Shown: positions 1 through 9,406 of the stretch, one piece after another
Position numbering within the stretch: the stretch's first letter is position 1
Layout of the letters: every line of letters begins with the position of its first letter
DNA from: an uncultured Verrucomicrobiae bacterium
GTDB taxonomy: Bacteria; Verrucomicrobiota; Verrucomicrobiia; Chthoniobacterales; JAFAMB01
Reading direction: 5' to 3'
Assembly: GCA_963813025.1 (NCBI GenBank)
Contig: CAWEXO010000008.1
Location: 327,030 to 391,029, forward strand
Length of the DNA stretch: 64,000 bases
Position numbers and translations under genes: made by a program
The notes under the pieces: model-generated
Seen by the model: the letters and a program-made list of their open reading frames with translations, nothing else
What the model was told of the DNA's origin: nothing
Database searches by the model: none

Positions 1-1
1 G

Positions 2-544
2 GAAGGGCTTTATCAACATTATCGGGCAATCGCTGAAGCGATTACGACCCGGATCATGCTCTACAATGTGCCCAGTCGAACGGCTGGAGAGATCGGTATC
101 GAAACCTGCGCGCGACTAGCTCGGGATTGCCCGAATATCGTGTCGCTCAAGGAAGCCGGTGGCAGTACCGAAAGAGTGTCTGCGTTGCGCCGGATTTTGC
201 CGGAGGAATTTACGATCCTTTCCGGAGATGATGCTCAGACTCTTCCTTTCATGGCGGTCGGAGCAGTCGGAACGGTCAGCGTCGCCTCGAATGTCGTGCC
301 GCAGCTTGTCAGCGAGCTGGTCAATTCGTTTCGAAAAGGCCAGGCGGACAGGGCTCGGGAAATTCATCTTCGTCTGTTCCGGCTTTTCAAGGATTTGTTT
401 ATCGAATCCAACCCCATCCCGGTGAAAGCCGCGCTCCACCTCATGGGTAAGATCGAGGCAGAATACCGACTGCCGTTATGCGAGATCGGCAAGGCGAACC
501 TTGACGTTCTGCGGGCAACCCTCGCAGAGCTTAAGCTCGTATGA
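2..544 (+). CDS. dapA: 4-hydroxy-tetrahydrodipicolinate synthase (5'-partial)
   Basis: Frame is open from position 2 (EGLYQHYRAIAE..MLYNVPSRT); LKEAGG Schiff-base Lys, LSGDD and ESNPIPVK motifs; overlaps dapB. Confidence 0.95.
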   Translation, partial: EGLYQHYRAIAEAITTRIMLYNVPSRTAGEIGIETCARLARDCPNIVSLKEAGGSTERVSALRRILPEEFTILSGDDAQTLPFMAVGAVGTVSVASNVVPQLVSELVNSFRKGQADRAREIHLRLFRLFKDLFIESNPIPVKAALHLMGKIEAEYRLPLCEIGKANLDVLRATLAELKLV

Positions 545-1275
545 TCCGATTGCTGGTCCAAGGCGCCTCAGGACGGCTTGGGCAAGTGATTGTTCGGCTC
601 GCCAACAACACGAAAAAGTTTCAGATCAGCGAGATCCGGCGTGGAGAGTCGCTGGACCAACTGGAGCAAGCGGACGTTGCGCTCGACGTCAGCGAGGCCG
701 CCAGCTCTCTTTTGCTAGCGCGCCGCGCGGCTGCACTGCGCAAGCCGGTGGTAATTGGCAGCACCGGCCACGACCGACCCCAGATCGCTGAGATCGAGTC
801 GCTTGCTCGACGAGCAGCCATCGTCCTGGCGCCTAATTTCAGCGTCGGCGTCAATCTCCTGTTCTGGCTGTCCCAGAACGCCGCGCGCATATTGGGCGAC
901 AGTTTCGATCTGGAGATTCTGGAGCTGCACCATCGTCAGAAGAAAGATGCCCCAAGCGGCACCGCCCGGCGGTTGGCGGAAATTCTGGCCGCGACCCGGG
1001 ATATTGATCTGGAGGCAAACGGAAGACATGGACGGGTGGGTCAGACCGGGGAACGGCTCAAGAATGAGATTGGGTTCCACGCTATCCGCGGCGGCGACGT
1101 CGTCGGAGAGCATACCGTGTATTTTCTCGGTTCGGGTGAACGGCTGGAACTCACTCACAAAGCCTCCAGTCGTGAGACTTTCGCCCATGGAGCACTGCGA
1201 GCGACGGAATGGGTATTGTCCCAGCCGCCCGGCCTCTATACGATGCAGGACGTGCTGGGACTGAACACAGGTTAA
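541..1275 (+). CDS. dapB: 4-hydroxy-tetrahydrodipicolinate reductase
   Basis: GASGRLG, ELHHRQKKDAPSGTA and IRGGDVVGEH motifs. Confidence 0.96.
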   Translation: MIRLLVQGASGRLGQVIVRLANNTKKFQISEIRRGESLDQLEQADVALDVSEAASSLLLARRAAALRKPVVIGSTGHDRPQIAEIESLARRAAIVLAPNFSVGVNLLFWLSQNAARILGDSFDLEILELHHRQKKDAPSGTARRLAEILAATRDIDLEANGRHGRVGQTGERLKNEIGFHAIRGGDVVGEHTVYFLGSGERLELTHKASSRETFAHGALRATEWVLSQPPGLYTMQDVLGLNTG

Positions 1276-1295
1276 GCAGCTGGCCTAGCGCGGAA

Positions 1296-1661
1296 GAGAT
1301 ATTGTCAAAAGTTGTGTATCGGGGACGGGCGCATCCTTGTTAAAATAATCCGGTTAGGCGGCTTGTTGGGTTGCTTCTTCGCCATCGACGAATCGGACGC
1401 CAGTAACTACCTTTGGGATCAGTTCGAAGCCCTGGAGCCGGCGCCAATGCTTTTGGGCTTCCAGGCCGAGTTTAAAGACCATGGTCAGTGTCGCGATTCG
1501 TGAACCGGAACGATCACCTCATTCTCGATTGCCGCCTGTAACAGCTTCCTGGCTCCTTCTTGCAGCAACTGCTCCAGGAACGGCTTTTCTTGATCTTTTA
1601 CTCGCTCATCAAGCGAGACCACTTTATTCTCTGGCACTGGTGTATCCTGATACGGCTTCCA
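1296..1661 (-). mobile_element. IS256-family remnant with an internal deletion (transposase 5' and 3' ends fused)
   Basis: End sequence GAGATATTGTCAAAAGTTGTG also occurs at 10024; ~1408-1511 matches ~17629-17732 and ~1512-1661 matches ~18329-18479. Confidence 0.85.
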
Positions 1662-1774
1662 TAGTTATGCACCGGCGCCGGCAGAAGGACCATTGCAGGC
1701 CGCATTATTCATCGGAGCCGCCCAGATCGCTCCTTGTGGCAGACCTCGGAGACTCGTGGCTGGAATCGGTTCGC

Positions 1775-1998
1775 CGAGAAGCAGTGCTCATTATTCAAAC
1801 CATTGAGGTCTTCGTTCTGCCCTTCAACGAAGTCTCTGAGCAGTTCGCCTTTGACGAAGGAGAGGGTGACCGATCACTCGCGTATTGGCGAAAAGCTCAC
1901 GAGAATTATTTTCGCCGCAATGATCTTAAGGACCACGTGTTCGATGAGCGGTGCTGGTTGTTTGCGAACGGTTCAGGGTCGTTCACACAATCGGTTGA
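1775..1998 (+). pseudogene. ASCH-domain protein, C-terminal fragment
   Basis: PFNEVSEQFAFDEGEGDRSLAYWRKAHE, then VLVVCERFRVV in a shifted frame; N-terminus missing. Confidence 0.75.
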
Positions 1999-2045
1999 CG
2001 ATCCGACGCGTCTGAACTCCAAGGCTTCTGAAAATGCTGCATTGG

Positions 2046-2519
2046 TTATCTCAACCCAAACTCGTCTAAGATGAAGTCCTTGACGCCTTCAGGTCCTTTC
2101 AGATGAAGCCACACAGGTCCGTTCTGAATGTCCCAGCGGACTTCCAATTCGAGGAATGGGCAGCACTTTCGTTGAAGCTCGATCCACTCGAGCGCTTGAT
2201 CGTTAGTAAATTGGGCGGTGTCTAGGCGGAGCGCATAACCGTCCGGTAGCTCACGTTTTTCTTGAATCGCGTGACGGAGTGCCTCAAGAAGCTGCGTGTA
2301 GCGCGGCCTGTCCTGGGGAGGTATTCCATCGATGTTGCAGGCTAGTCCGTTCACCGTCTTTTCAGCGGCTTGCTGCCCTCCGGCTTCGTCGTTTATCAGC
2401 ACCAATCCTGTCATGAGTATCGCGATCAAAAGCCAGAGTATTCTTCGGTTCTTGCTTCCACGCAAACTTCGGCAGATCCAGGCTACAAGTGACTTTGCAG
2501 TGTCGTTAATGAGAGCCAT
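2046..2519 (-). CDS. Conserved hypothetical protein with IAC/LAC..ELPDGYALR..CCPF motifs and an N-terminal hydrophobic segment
   Basis: LACNIDGIP, RELPDGYALRL, RKCCPFLE, LKGPEGVKDFI. Confidence 0.7.
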   Translation of the reverse strand: MALINDTAKSLVAWICRSLRGSKNRRILWLLIAILMTGLVLINDEAGGQQAAEKTVNGLACNIDGIPPQDRPRYTQLLEALRHAIQEKRELPDGYALRLDTAQFTNDQALEWIELQRKCCPFLELEVRWDIQNGPVWLHLKGPEGVKDFILDEFGLR

Positions 2520-2591
2520 TGATCACGAATCTCTATATTGAACCCAACTTTAGCGGCAGGGACTTTCCAGGATTCCACTCCGGTACGCCCG

Positions 2592-2786
2592 CTAGAACTT
2601 ATGCGCGGCCTTTGCCCGCCACGGACGAAGCCGCCGATCCCAAGGTACGCCGGACGAGCAAGCCGGCCCGCGCCGCCACTCCTGTCGGACAGCCTCGGCC
2701 ATGACGAGATCATGCGCCTCCCGTGGGATACGCCATTTCCAATTGGCTCATCGCCCTGCTCCTGGTCGTTTTCCGCCGCGTGGCAT
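2592..2786 (-). pseudogene. Small putative DNA-binding protein interrupted by an in-frame TGA
   Basis: MPRGGKRPGAGR-TGA(2748-2750)-ANWKWRIPREAHDLVMAEAVRQE; starts 6 bp after the upstream gene. Confidence 0.45.
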
Positions 2787-2791
2787 AGCCC

Positions 2792-2992
2792 TTAGAAGCG
2801 CAGAAACCGTTGCGTGGCTTCCGGATCGGACAGAACACTTGTGATGATGGCGGCCGCAATCCGGGTCCGGTATTTCCCTGTTTGGTTCTCGAAGTTGCGC
2901 AGCTGGTCGGCCACGCGCTTCGGTAAAGTCACCTCGATCCGTTCATCACCAAGCCGCGGTCGTCCTGTCCGGGATCTCGTACCGTTTGACAT
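2792..2992 (-). CDS. Ribbon-helix-helix-like DNA-binding protein (66 aa)
   Basis: MSNGTRSRTGRPRLGDERIEVTLPKRVADQLRNFE..RTRIAAAII: GRPR motif plus beta-helix-helix pattern. Confidence 0.55.
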   Translation of the reverse strand: MSNGTRSRTGRPRLGDERIEVTLPKRVADQLRNFENQTGKYRTRIAAAIITSVLSDPEATQRFLRF

Positions 2993-3228
2993 GTTCCAGG
3001 ACGAACAAAACCTTGACTCGAAGCTCCTAGCAAAAACCCGAACAAATCTGCTACGGTGGACACATCCAATGCGAGCTGCCAAGCTTACTCGTCCCCCCTG
3101 GCTGACCGCCGGCTGACACGCAAGGCTGTTGCTGGCAAATTCCGCGAACGACAGCCGCACTGATCCGAGCTGAGGCTCAACGATTAGGCACTGGACCAGG
3201 CAACTTCGTTCATCGAGTCATCGAGTCG

Positions 3229-3708
3229 TTATGAGCCGTTATTTTGGAGCGAAGGAGAGACCGAAGGCGCCCTGACTCTGCTCTGCCGGAGGTTCGGGAA
3301 CTGAGCTTCGGCCGCCAGTCGAGCCTCGATGGCTTTGCCTCGGGCAACGCCAGGAGGATAAGCGCCTTCCGAGAAATGCCTTGTCGCCATGCGATTTCCC
3401 TCCGGCCAAGTCGCCAGCCAGTACCAGAACCAGCGCCCGCGAATCTTGCGCCGGACGCGGTAGACACCGTAGATCTTTTCTTTGAAGACCGGCTTGGGCT
3501 TCGTTGGGAACGGCCACTTTACCCCATAATGCTGCATCAGGGCGTCCCGTTCCGCAATCGCCCGTCCTTTGGCTTCTTCCAAGCTGATCCCGAGCTTTCT
3601 AGTGGAGAAGGTGCGATGAATGTTCCGCCCGCTGATCGGAACCCTGACCCGGTAACCTTCACAGTTGCCCCAATTGACGCGATCGATGTAGTGGAGAACT
3701 CGATCCAT
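3229..3708 (-). CDS. Protein with two AP2-like DNA-binding domains
   Basis: YRVRVP..HRTFSTRKLG..EAKGRAIAERD and GVYRVR..YWLATWPE..TRHFSEGAY..ARGKAIEARLAAE. Confidence 0.65.
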   Translation of the reverse strand: MDRVLHYIDRVNWGNCEGYRVRVPISGRNIHRTFSTRKLGISLEEAKGRAIAERDALMQHYGVKWPFPTKPKPVFKEKIYGVYRVRRKIRGRWFWYWLATWPEGNRMATRHFSEGAYPPGVARGKAIEARLAAEAQFPNLRQSRVRAPSVSPSLQNNGS

Positions 3709-3908
3709 CTCACATTCAAATGTTCGGTGGAAGGGGCAAATCTAGGCAATTGCTGGCTCGTCTCATCCGTGAGGACGCTTCATTCCTTGCCGCCTCCAGG
3801 GAATTTTACTCGGATACCGATCCCAGCGGGGGCGATCGTTGAGGATTGCGCCTGATCTGATGCCGCGGGTTGACCCATTTTCTTCAGGCCTTTCTAGAAG
3901 GTTGGATT

Positions 3909-4325
3909 TTAAGAACCATCGCTTAATTTCTCGATCTTGCCCCTTACCGGAACACTGAAGGAATCACCGGGTTTAGCCTTTTCGACCCGTTGCATAATGT
4001 CCGGGAACATATGGAAAAGCTTTGATGCCGATTCCCATCGGAGTAAGTGAAGCCAAGCGGGTTTTAAGAAAAAGACTGGATGGCCCGCCGCTTTCCAGGC
4101 TCGCACCTCGTGCGGATTTCGACTGATGGCCGAGTCGCCGGAAATAATAACCCAGTTCGACTGTTTACCTAGTTCTGACATCCAGAATTCGTCGGACGAA
4201 TTTGCAGGAAAATGGTCTTTCAGGTGATGTGCAGAATGTTCCGGAAAGAGAAGCTGATGAAGAGCGCGAGCTATTTTTGGAGAGAGTTGGTTGTCGAGAA
4301 AAAATCTCACGCGGCCGCGAGCCAT
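3909..4325 (-). CDS. PIN-domain toxin, VapC45-like
   Basis: FFLDNQLS, DEFWMSELG, WVIISGD, ISRNPHE; overlaps the DUF433 gene. Confidence 0.82.
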   Translation of the reverse strand: MARGRVRFFLDNQLSPKIARALHQLLFPEHSAHHLKDHFPANSSDEFWMSELGKQSNWVIISGDSAISRNPHEVRAWKAAGHPVFFLKPAWLHLLRWESASKLFHMFPDIMQRVEKAKPGDSFSVPVRGKIEKLSDGS

Positions 4326-5017
4326 TCCTCGAAGTCTATGGCGTCGCGCACAGCAGATTCCTTGACCTCGTACCAGTTGGCAACGTCCCGTATAGACTCA
4401 CCGGCCTTTACGGCCAAACAAAGTATTTCCGTCTGGACACCAGTGTCGAAAACAATTGGCTGTCCGAACTGCCTGCTAGGATCTAGGACGATGCTTCGGC
4501 TCTTGCTCAACGGCCACCACCGGAGCAGCTGTTCGCCTTCGGAAAATTCAAGATCTTTAATGAAGGGTTTTACGACTGAAGGAAAAACTGTCTGAGTTTT
4601 TTCGATTTCCTCGTACTCGATGCGCTCGGCAGAGTGCTTAAGCTCTTCAATAATATGCTTCCCATCAGTGGCAAAGGTGCGCGTGCCAAAAGGATGCTCG
4701 TTTTGATAGCGTTTTCTGGCTACCTCATGAGCTGCACGAAGCACTCTCCAGGAAACCCCCATGTCTAAAAATGCTTGGACGAATCGAACCTCCTGCAGAT
4801 CTAGGAATCCCAGCACGATTCTGCTATCGATCGGCTGATGCTCTCCGTTCCAGAGTCGGTGATCACGGACATCCTCTGAACCGAGGCGTTTAAGCCAATA
4901 ACGAATTCTCCTCTGGGAGACCTTGCTCAAGCGGGCGGCCAAAGGAATGGGATAGATTCCCTTCCCGAGAAGCGTCTGCGGCGTTGCGCCGGTTGCTGTT
5001 TGGGTCTGGCTTCTCAT
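4307..5017 (-). CDS. DUF433/HTH antitoxin, VapB45-like
   Basis: N-terminal HTH (AARLSKVSQRRIRYW), FLDLQEVRFV, C-terminal IVLDPSRQFGQP..VRDAIDFE. Confidence 0.85.
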   Translation of the reverse strand: MRSQTQTATGATPQTLLGKGIYPIPLAARLSKVSQRRIRYWLKRLGSEDVRDHRLWNGEHQPIDSRIVLGFLDLQEVRFVQAFLDMGVSWRVLRAAHEVARKRYQNEHPFGTRTFATDGKHIIEELKHSAERIEYEEIEKTQTVFPSVVKPFIKDLEFSEGEQLLRWWPLSKSRSIVLDPSRQFGQPIVFDTGVQTEILCLAVKAGESIRDVANWYEVKESAVRDAIDFEEWLAAA

Positions 5018-5152
5018 AATGATTCATTGGCTGGGCAGGGCATTAGTCATCCACAGACACCAAGTGTCGCTTACATCGAGCGCCCTGCCATGTCCATACA
5101 GTGTGGCAAAGGATCGGTCTAGACAGTGCGTTTTCGAGCTTTATTTTGGAAA

Positions 5153-5174
5153 TTAGGGCAGTATTAGGGCAGTA
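5153..5174. repeat. Tandem 11-bp direct repeat, putative integrase arm-type site
   Basis: TTAGGGCAGTA x2, ~65 bp from the tRNA fragment. Confidence 0.6.
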
Positions 5175-5239
5175 ACGAGTTCTGAAACGTCTCCAATTCG
5201 CCGGGAAAGCCGAACGTAAGTCTTTCTGCTGTAATTGTT

Positions 5240-5287
5240 TGCACCCGGCAGGGCTCGAACCTGCAACCCTATGATCCGAAGTCATAT
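5240..5287 (-). other. 3' half of tRNA-Arg(TCG); att core of an integrative element
   Basis: Minus strand reads TATGA-CTTCGGA-TCATA anticodon arm, GCAGGTTCGAGCCCTGC T-arm and CGGGTGCA acceptor 3' strand; D-arm and 5' acceptor strand are absent. Confidence 0.85.
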
Positions 5288-5376
5288 ATTGGGAACGCAA
5301 AGAGGCTGCTTGAGAGAGAGGAGAATCTGCGAGCCGAAAACGAGCGCGTTGAGTGCGAAACAAAATAAAATACGTA

Positions 5377-6342
5377 TCAACGGCGTGTTTGGCAGGGATA
5401 CGCCCATCTTTGCGCCACAGCGTCTAACAGCAAGTAAAAGGATTGGCCTTCCGCCGCGACGCCGGGTTTGTCAAAACGCGGCGATCCGCAAACGCCCTGC
5501 ACGAGCCCGAATCGGTCCACCTTGCCAGAAACGGCCTGCCTGAGTGATCGCGCGGATTTTTCATATTCGCCGGGAAGCCATCCCGCAACGAGCCCACGAT
5601 AAATCGCGTACGCCAACATTTGCGATAAATTCACTTCCACAAAGCTTCCGGGGTCATCAATAATATTGTGAAACAGCCAGTCAGACCGCTTATATTTTAA
5701 TAAACAGTCAACGAGCGCCCGCGCGATCTGTACTAGCTCTTGTTTTTGCGAAGACATCGTTTCGGGCAGCAGGTCAATTGTTCTTGCAAGCCCGGCGACA
5801 GCCCAACCGTTTCCGACCCCCCAAAAGTCTTTTCGCACGAACGCCTGCTTTTCGTCGTCCCATTTATGACTGAACAGCCCTGTTTGCCGGTCAAACAACG
5901 CGGTCCGATAGCCATAGATTTGACGGAGCGCTTCTTTTGGATGGCCCGCCGCTGCGAGATACGGCGGCAGCATATACATGGAGTCAATCCAAAATTCCGG
6001 ACGATTCGGAACGTGATAGACGATTCCATTATGATTTCGGGGCGCTGATTTGAGCGCCCAGTTCAACAGCGAGTCACACGCATCTCCCAGATCCTTATCG
6101 TCCGTTTCCCGAAACGAAAAAATCAATGCTTCTCCGACGCTGCACGGATCGGTTATTCCTTCGTCCGGACGGATCATTGCGGGGCGGCCGTCGGGTATTC
6201 TGCGGTAAGCGGCTTCTTTTGCGAGCGCGATTACCACATCGCGGTCGCCCTGCTCGAAAAAAGCATCCATCGCGACGCCTTGTTCCCATGAATTCCGCTG
6301 CATGGACAGCAGGGCAAGCTTTACCAGATCAAGCGTTTTCAA
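5377..6342 (-). CDS. Glycoside hydrolase family 88/105 (unsaturated glucuronyl/rhamnogalacturonyl hydrolase)
   Basis: WEQG, FWIDSMYM, FWGVGNGW, LFHNIIDD motifs; TTG start. Confidence 0.85.
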   Translation of the reverse strand: MKTLDLVKLALLSMQRNSWEQGVAMDAFFEQGDRDVVIALAKEAAYRRIPDGRPAMIRPDEGITDPCSVGEALIFSFRETDDKDLGDACDSLLNWALKSAPRNHNGIVYHVPNRPEFWIDSMYMLPPYLAAAGHPKEALRQIYGYRTALFDRQTGLFSHKWDDEKQAFVRKDFWGVGNGWAVAGLARTIDLLPETMSSQKQELVQIARALVDCLLKYKRSDWLFHNIIDDPGSFVEVNLSQMLAYAIYRGLVAGWLPGEYEKSARSLRQAVSGKVDRFGLVQGVCGSPRFDKPGVAAEGQSFYLLLDAVAQRWAYPCQTRR

Positions 6343-6678
6343 AAGAGGATCCTTTCAAAATGTCGGTTTATCCACGTAATCAACGAATTTCCAATAAAAC
6401 CAACTGCTGCACCTGTTATCCCGGCTGTTGCTCCAAATCTGTGGTGGGGCGGCAGGTTCCAATTGCCTGCCGGCGGCATCGGGCAAAGTCCGGTGACGTC
6501 TTGGCTAGTCCTCGGTTACAATTTGTAGACAATCTATGAATGAGAGTGTCGGCCAAACTAAAAGTGTAACCCCCCACCGGCGGCAACCGGCACTGCGACG
6601 CCGTCCCCAACGACAACCCCGAGTAACCAATAGTATCCTGATCTGTGCGGTGACAGATTAGAACCCGTGGCTTCACCG

Positions 6679-7843
6679 CTAGTCTAGTGTCCTCGAAATA
6701 ATATTGCATATAATGCCAAAAAATGTTTTAACTTGGCCGCACGTCGAGAGTCGCTTCGCGGATCGAACTAACTGAGCCAGAAAGAATGGAGTTGGAGCGG
6801 CGCGAGCGTGCGCATAGTGGGCCTTATCGGGATCGGCAGCGAGCCAAAATGATTTTGTTGGCGAGCGAAGGCTTAGAGAATCAACAGATCGCTCACCGAT
6901 TAAAGATGAGCCGGCTGGCCGTGGGCAAGTGGCGTGAGCGCTTTAGCCTGGAGCGGATAGCCGGACTGGATGATGCGCCTGGACGAGGGCGCGCGAGCAC
7001 CTTGGCGCCAGAACAGGTTCAGGCCGTCTTGAGCCGAGTAGTGCAACCCCCGGCTCATCTGCGGCGTTGGAGTTGCCGCACGATGGCGCGCGAATCGGGC
7101 CTGAGTAAGTCGACGGTGCACAAGCTGTGGGCGAGCAACGATCTCAAGCCTCATCTGAGCCGGACTTTCAAGCTCTCCAGCGATCCGGAATTCGAGACCA
7201 AATTCTGGGACATCGTGGGACTCTATCTCAATCCACCCGAACAGGCGCTGGTGCTGTGCTGCGATGAGAAGAGTCAGATTCAGGCCCTGAGCCGTTCTCA
7301 GCCTGGTCTGCCGCTGGGAGCCGGTCACATCCAGACTCGGACCCATGACTATTACCGCCACGGTACCGTCACGCTGTTTGCAGCTCTCGATTATCTCCAA
7401 GGCAAGATCATCGCGCGCACCGATCGGCGTCACACTCATCGAGAGTGGTTGCGCTTTCTTAAACACATCGATGAGCAGACTCCGCCCCAGGTTGGGTTAC
7501 ATCTCCTTGTCGATAACTACTCCGCCCACAAGCATCCCAAGGTGAAAGCCTGGCTGGCACGCCATCGACGCTTTCACCTGCATTTTACTCCAACCAGAGC
7601 TTCTTGGCTTAACTTGGTCGAGCGTTTTTTCCGGGACCTTACGCAGCAAGCTATTGTAGGAGGAAGCTTTGAGAACGTTCGGGTCCTGATCGAGGCGATC
7701 GACGCTTACCTCGCCCAACATAATCTAAGGGCCAAACGCTACGTGTGGCGAGCGGACGGCGCAGAAGTGCTCCGTAAGATCAATAAAGCCTGGGCAGTCG
7801 CGACTGACGGATAATATATGTTATTTAACGGACAGGTGACTAG
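6679..7843 (+). mobile_element. IS630-family insertion sequence, apparently intact
   Basis: CTAG at both ends; imperfect terminal inverted repeats CTAGTC-N3-TGTCC-N3-AAATAA; transposase inside. Confidence 0.9.
6786..7814 (+). CDS. IS630 transposase
   Basis: HTH plus DDE: CCDEKSQIQAL, VDNYSAHK, WLNLVERFF. Confidence 0.93.
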   Translation: MELERRERAHSGPYRDRQRAKMILLASEGLENQQIAHRLKMSRLAVGKWRERFSLERIAGLDDAPGRGRASTLAPEQVQAVLSRVVQPPAHLRRWSCRTMARESGLSKSTVHKLWASNDLKPHLSRTFKLSSDPEFETKFWDIVGLYLNPPEQALVLCCDEKSQIQALSRSQPGLPLGAGHIQTRTHDYYRHGTVTLFAALDYLQGKIIARTDRRHTHREWLRFLKHIDEQTPPQVGLHLLVDNYSAHKHPKVKAWLARHRRFHLHFTPTRASWLNLVERFFRDLTQQAIVGGSFENVRVLIEAIDAYLAQHNLRAKRYVWRADGAEVLRKINKAWAVATDG

Positions 7844-8489
7844 CATCCCAACTCTTACTAGAGCTGGCGCAATCCCTTTTGGAAAAGCGCACATTGTTGT
7901 ACGCGCCTCGCGAACACCGGGTAGCCTGACTCATCGCGCCGGCCGCTTTTGACCTGGCCTCTGGTTGGCGACGGCCAAGCACGCCGAAGGCCGAGAATAT
8001 ACGACGGTTGAGGTGTGGTATGATCATTTCAGTGACGGCACCTTCCGCCACGGATGTACCCTTCTCAGGATACGGTCAAATAAACTACCGAAGGATTGTC
8101 TATTGGAGCAGGTTTTTGAACAAGCTCCGAAGGCTTTTTTAACTCGAATGCTCGCTTCTCCTGGTCACCTCGCCCGACTCCAAATCTATCCCGATTGAAA
8201 CGGTTTTAGCGTGAAAGCCCCTGCCCGGGACGCGTTTTCGGAAAGGAGACGTTCAATCCCTCCAGGACCGGTTTCGGCCCGGTGGGCAAACAGCAAAAAT
8301 CGGGACTTGGGTTAAACTTAGTCATCACCGGATTTCTCGTCGAGACCGAGCAGCTCCACGGTCGTATGGCCGGCTCCCAGCTCGGTGACTGCGGGCGTGT
8401 TCGATCCATGAAGCATCCAGCGCCTCAAGAAAAAGGTCCCGCGCACTACGAGGTGCTATGATTCCAGCATTACGTTAAAACGAGTACCG

Positions 8490-9278
8490 ATGGAGCATCG
8501 AGGTCAATGCCGATTATGCTTTCGCGAGGATGTCCTCAAGAAAAGCCACCTACTTCCCGCATCTGTCTACAAGTTGTTGCGAACTGGACGCTCTGCAAAT
8601 CCTCACCCGTTCGCTCTTACGCCAGGGACAGGAGTGCGAACTTCGAAGCAGGTTTGGCGGCATTTCCTCTGCGGCGAGTGCGAGCAACGTTTCAGTCAAC
8701 GGGGCGAAGCTTGGGTCATGGCTAACTGCTGGCGTGGCATGAATAACTTTCCGATCCAGGAGCACCTTTTGAAGTCGGAACCCCTCTTGGCAAGCGACGA
8801 GTTAAAGGTATTTGCCGGTGCGTCCATTCCTGAGATAAAAATGGCGAAACTCATTTATTTTGGGGCCAGTGTTTTTTGGAGGGCATCGGCGTGTCATTGG
8901 ATAATATTGGGATCGCCAATTCACATTGATCTTGGCCCTTATGCCGAGGCGCTACGCCTTTTCCTTAATGATGCGGTTCCATTTCCTCGGGAGATGGTTT
9001 TAAACATCGGAGTGTCAGGGCTGACAAATCAAACCCTCGATGCAGGCCTGTTTCCCAAGAGTTCTCGCACGAAAATCGGCATCCGCCGCCATCGCTTCAT
9101 CATCCCGGGAATCTATTTCACCCTTCTAGTTGGGAAACAGATTACCGATGCCGAGCGTCTGATTTGTGCAGCGCATACCTCCGAAGGCCGGATCAATATC
9201 TGGAAACAAACAGACGAGGAATTGATCTCCGGCTCTCTGAAAAAACTCTTAGCACTCGGTAGCCGGATGCGATGGTGA
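8490..9278 (+). CDS. Hypothetical protein with an N-terminal HNH-like Zn-binding domain
   Basis: CRLC..KSHLLP..LCGECEQRFS pattern. Confidence 0.6.
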   Translation: MEHRGQCRLCFREDVLKKSHLLPASVYKLLRTGRSANPHPFALTPGTGVRTSKQVWRHFLCGECEQRFSQRGEAWVMANCWRGMNNFPIQEHLLKSEPLLASDELKVFAGASIPEIKMAKLIYFGASVFWRASACHWIILGSPIHIDLGPYAEALRLFLNDAVPFPREMVLNIGVSGLTNQTLDAGLFPKSSRTKIGIRRHRFIIPGIYFTLLVGKQITDAERLICAAHTSEGRINIWKQTDEELISGSLKKLLALGSRMRW

Positions 9279-9406
9279 ACCCTCCGCGGTCACAACTCCG
9301 TTTCACCATAACCCGACTGGAGCCGTTTTCGTCCCCTTACGTCAATACCGACGCCTTGAGCTAGCCTAACCCCTTTTCCTAGGGCTTCAGTCAGATGGTT
9401 ACCTTG

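Noticed and set aside
1481..2074. 197-aa ORF as a real gene
   Set aside because: Chimera of antisense IS256 sequence and an ASCH fragment
5240..5320. Complete tRNA-Arg gene
   Set aside because: No D-arm or complementary 5' acceptor strand; treated as an att fragment
6380..8480. Short ORFs flanking the first IS630
   Set aside because: No recognisable motifs, and I could not rejoin them into a convincing gene
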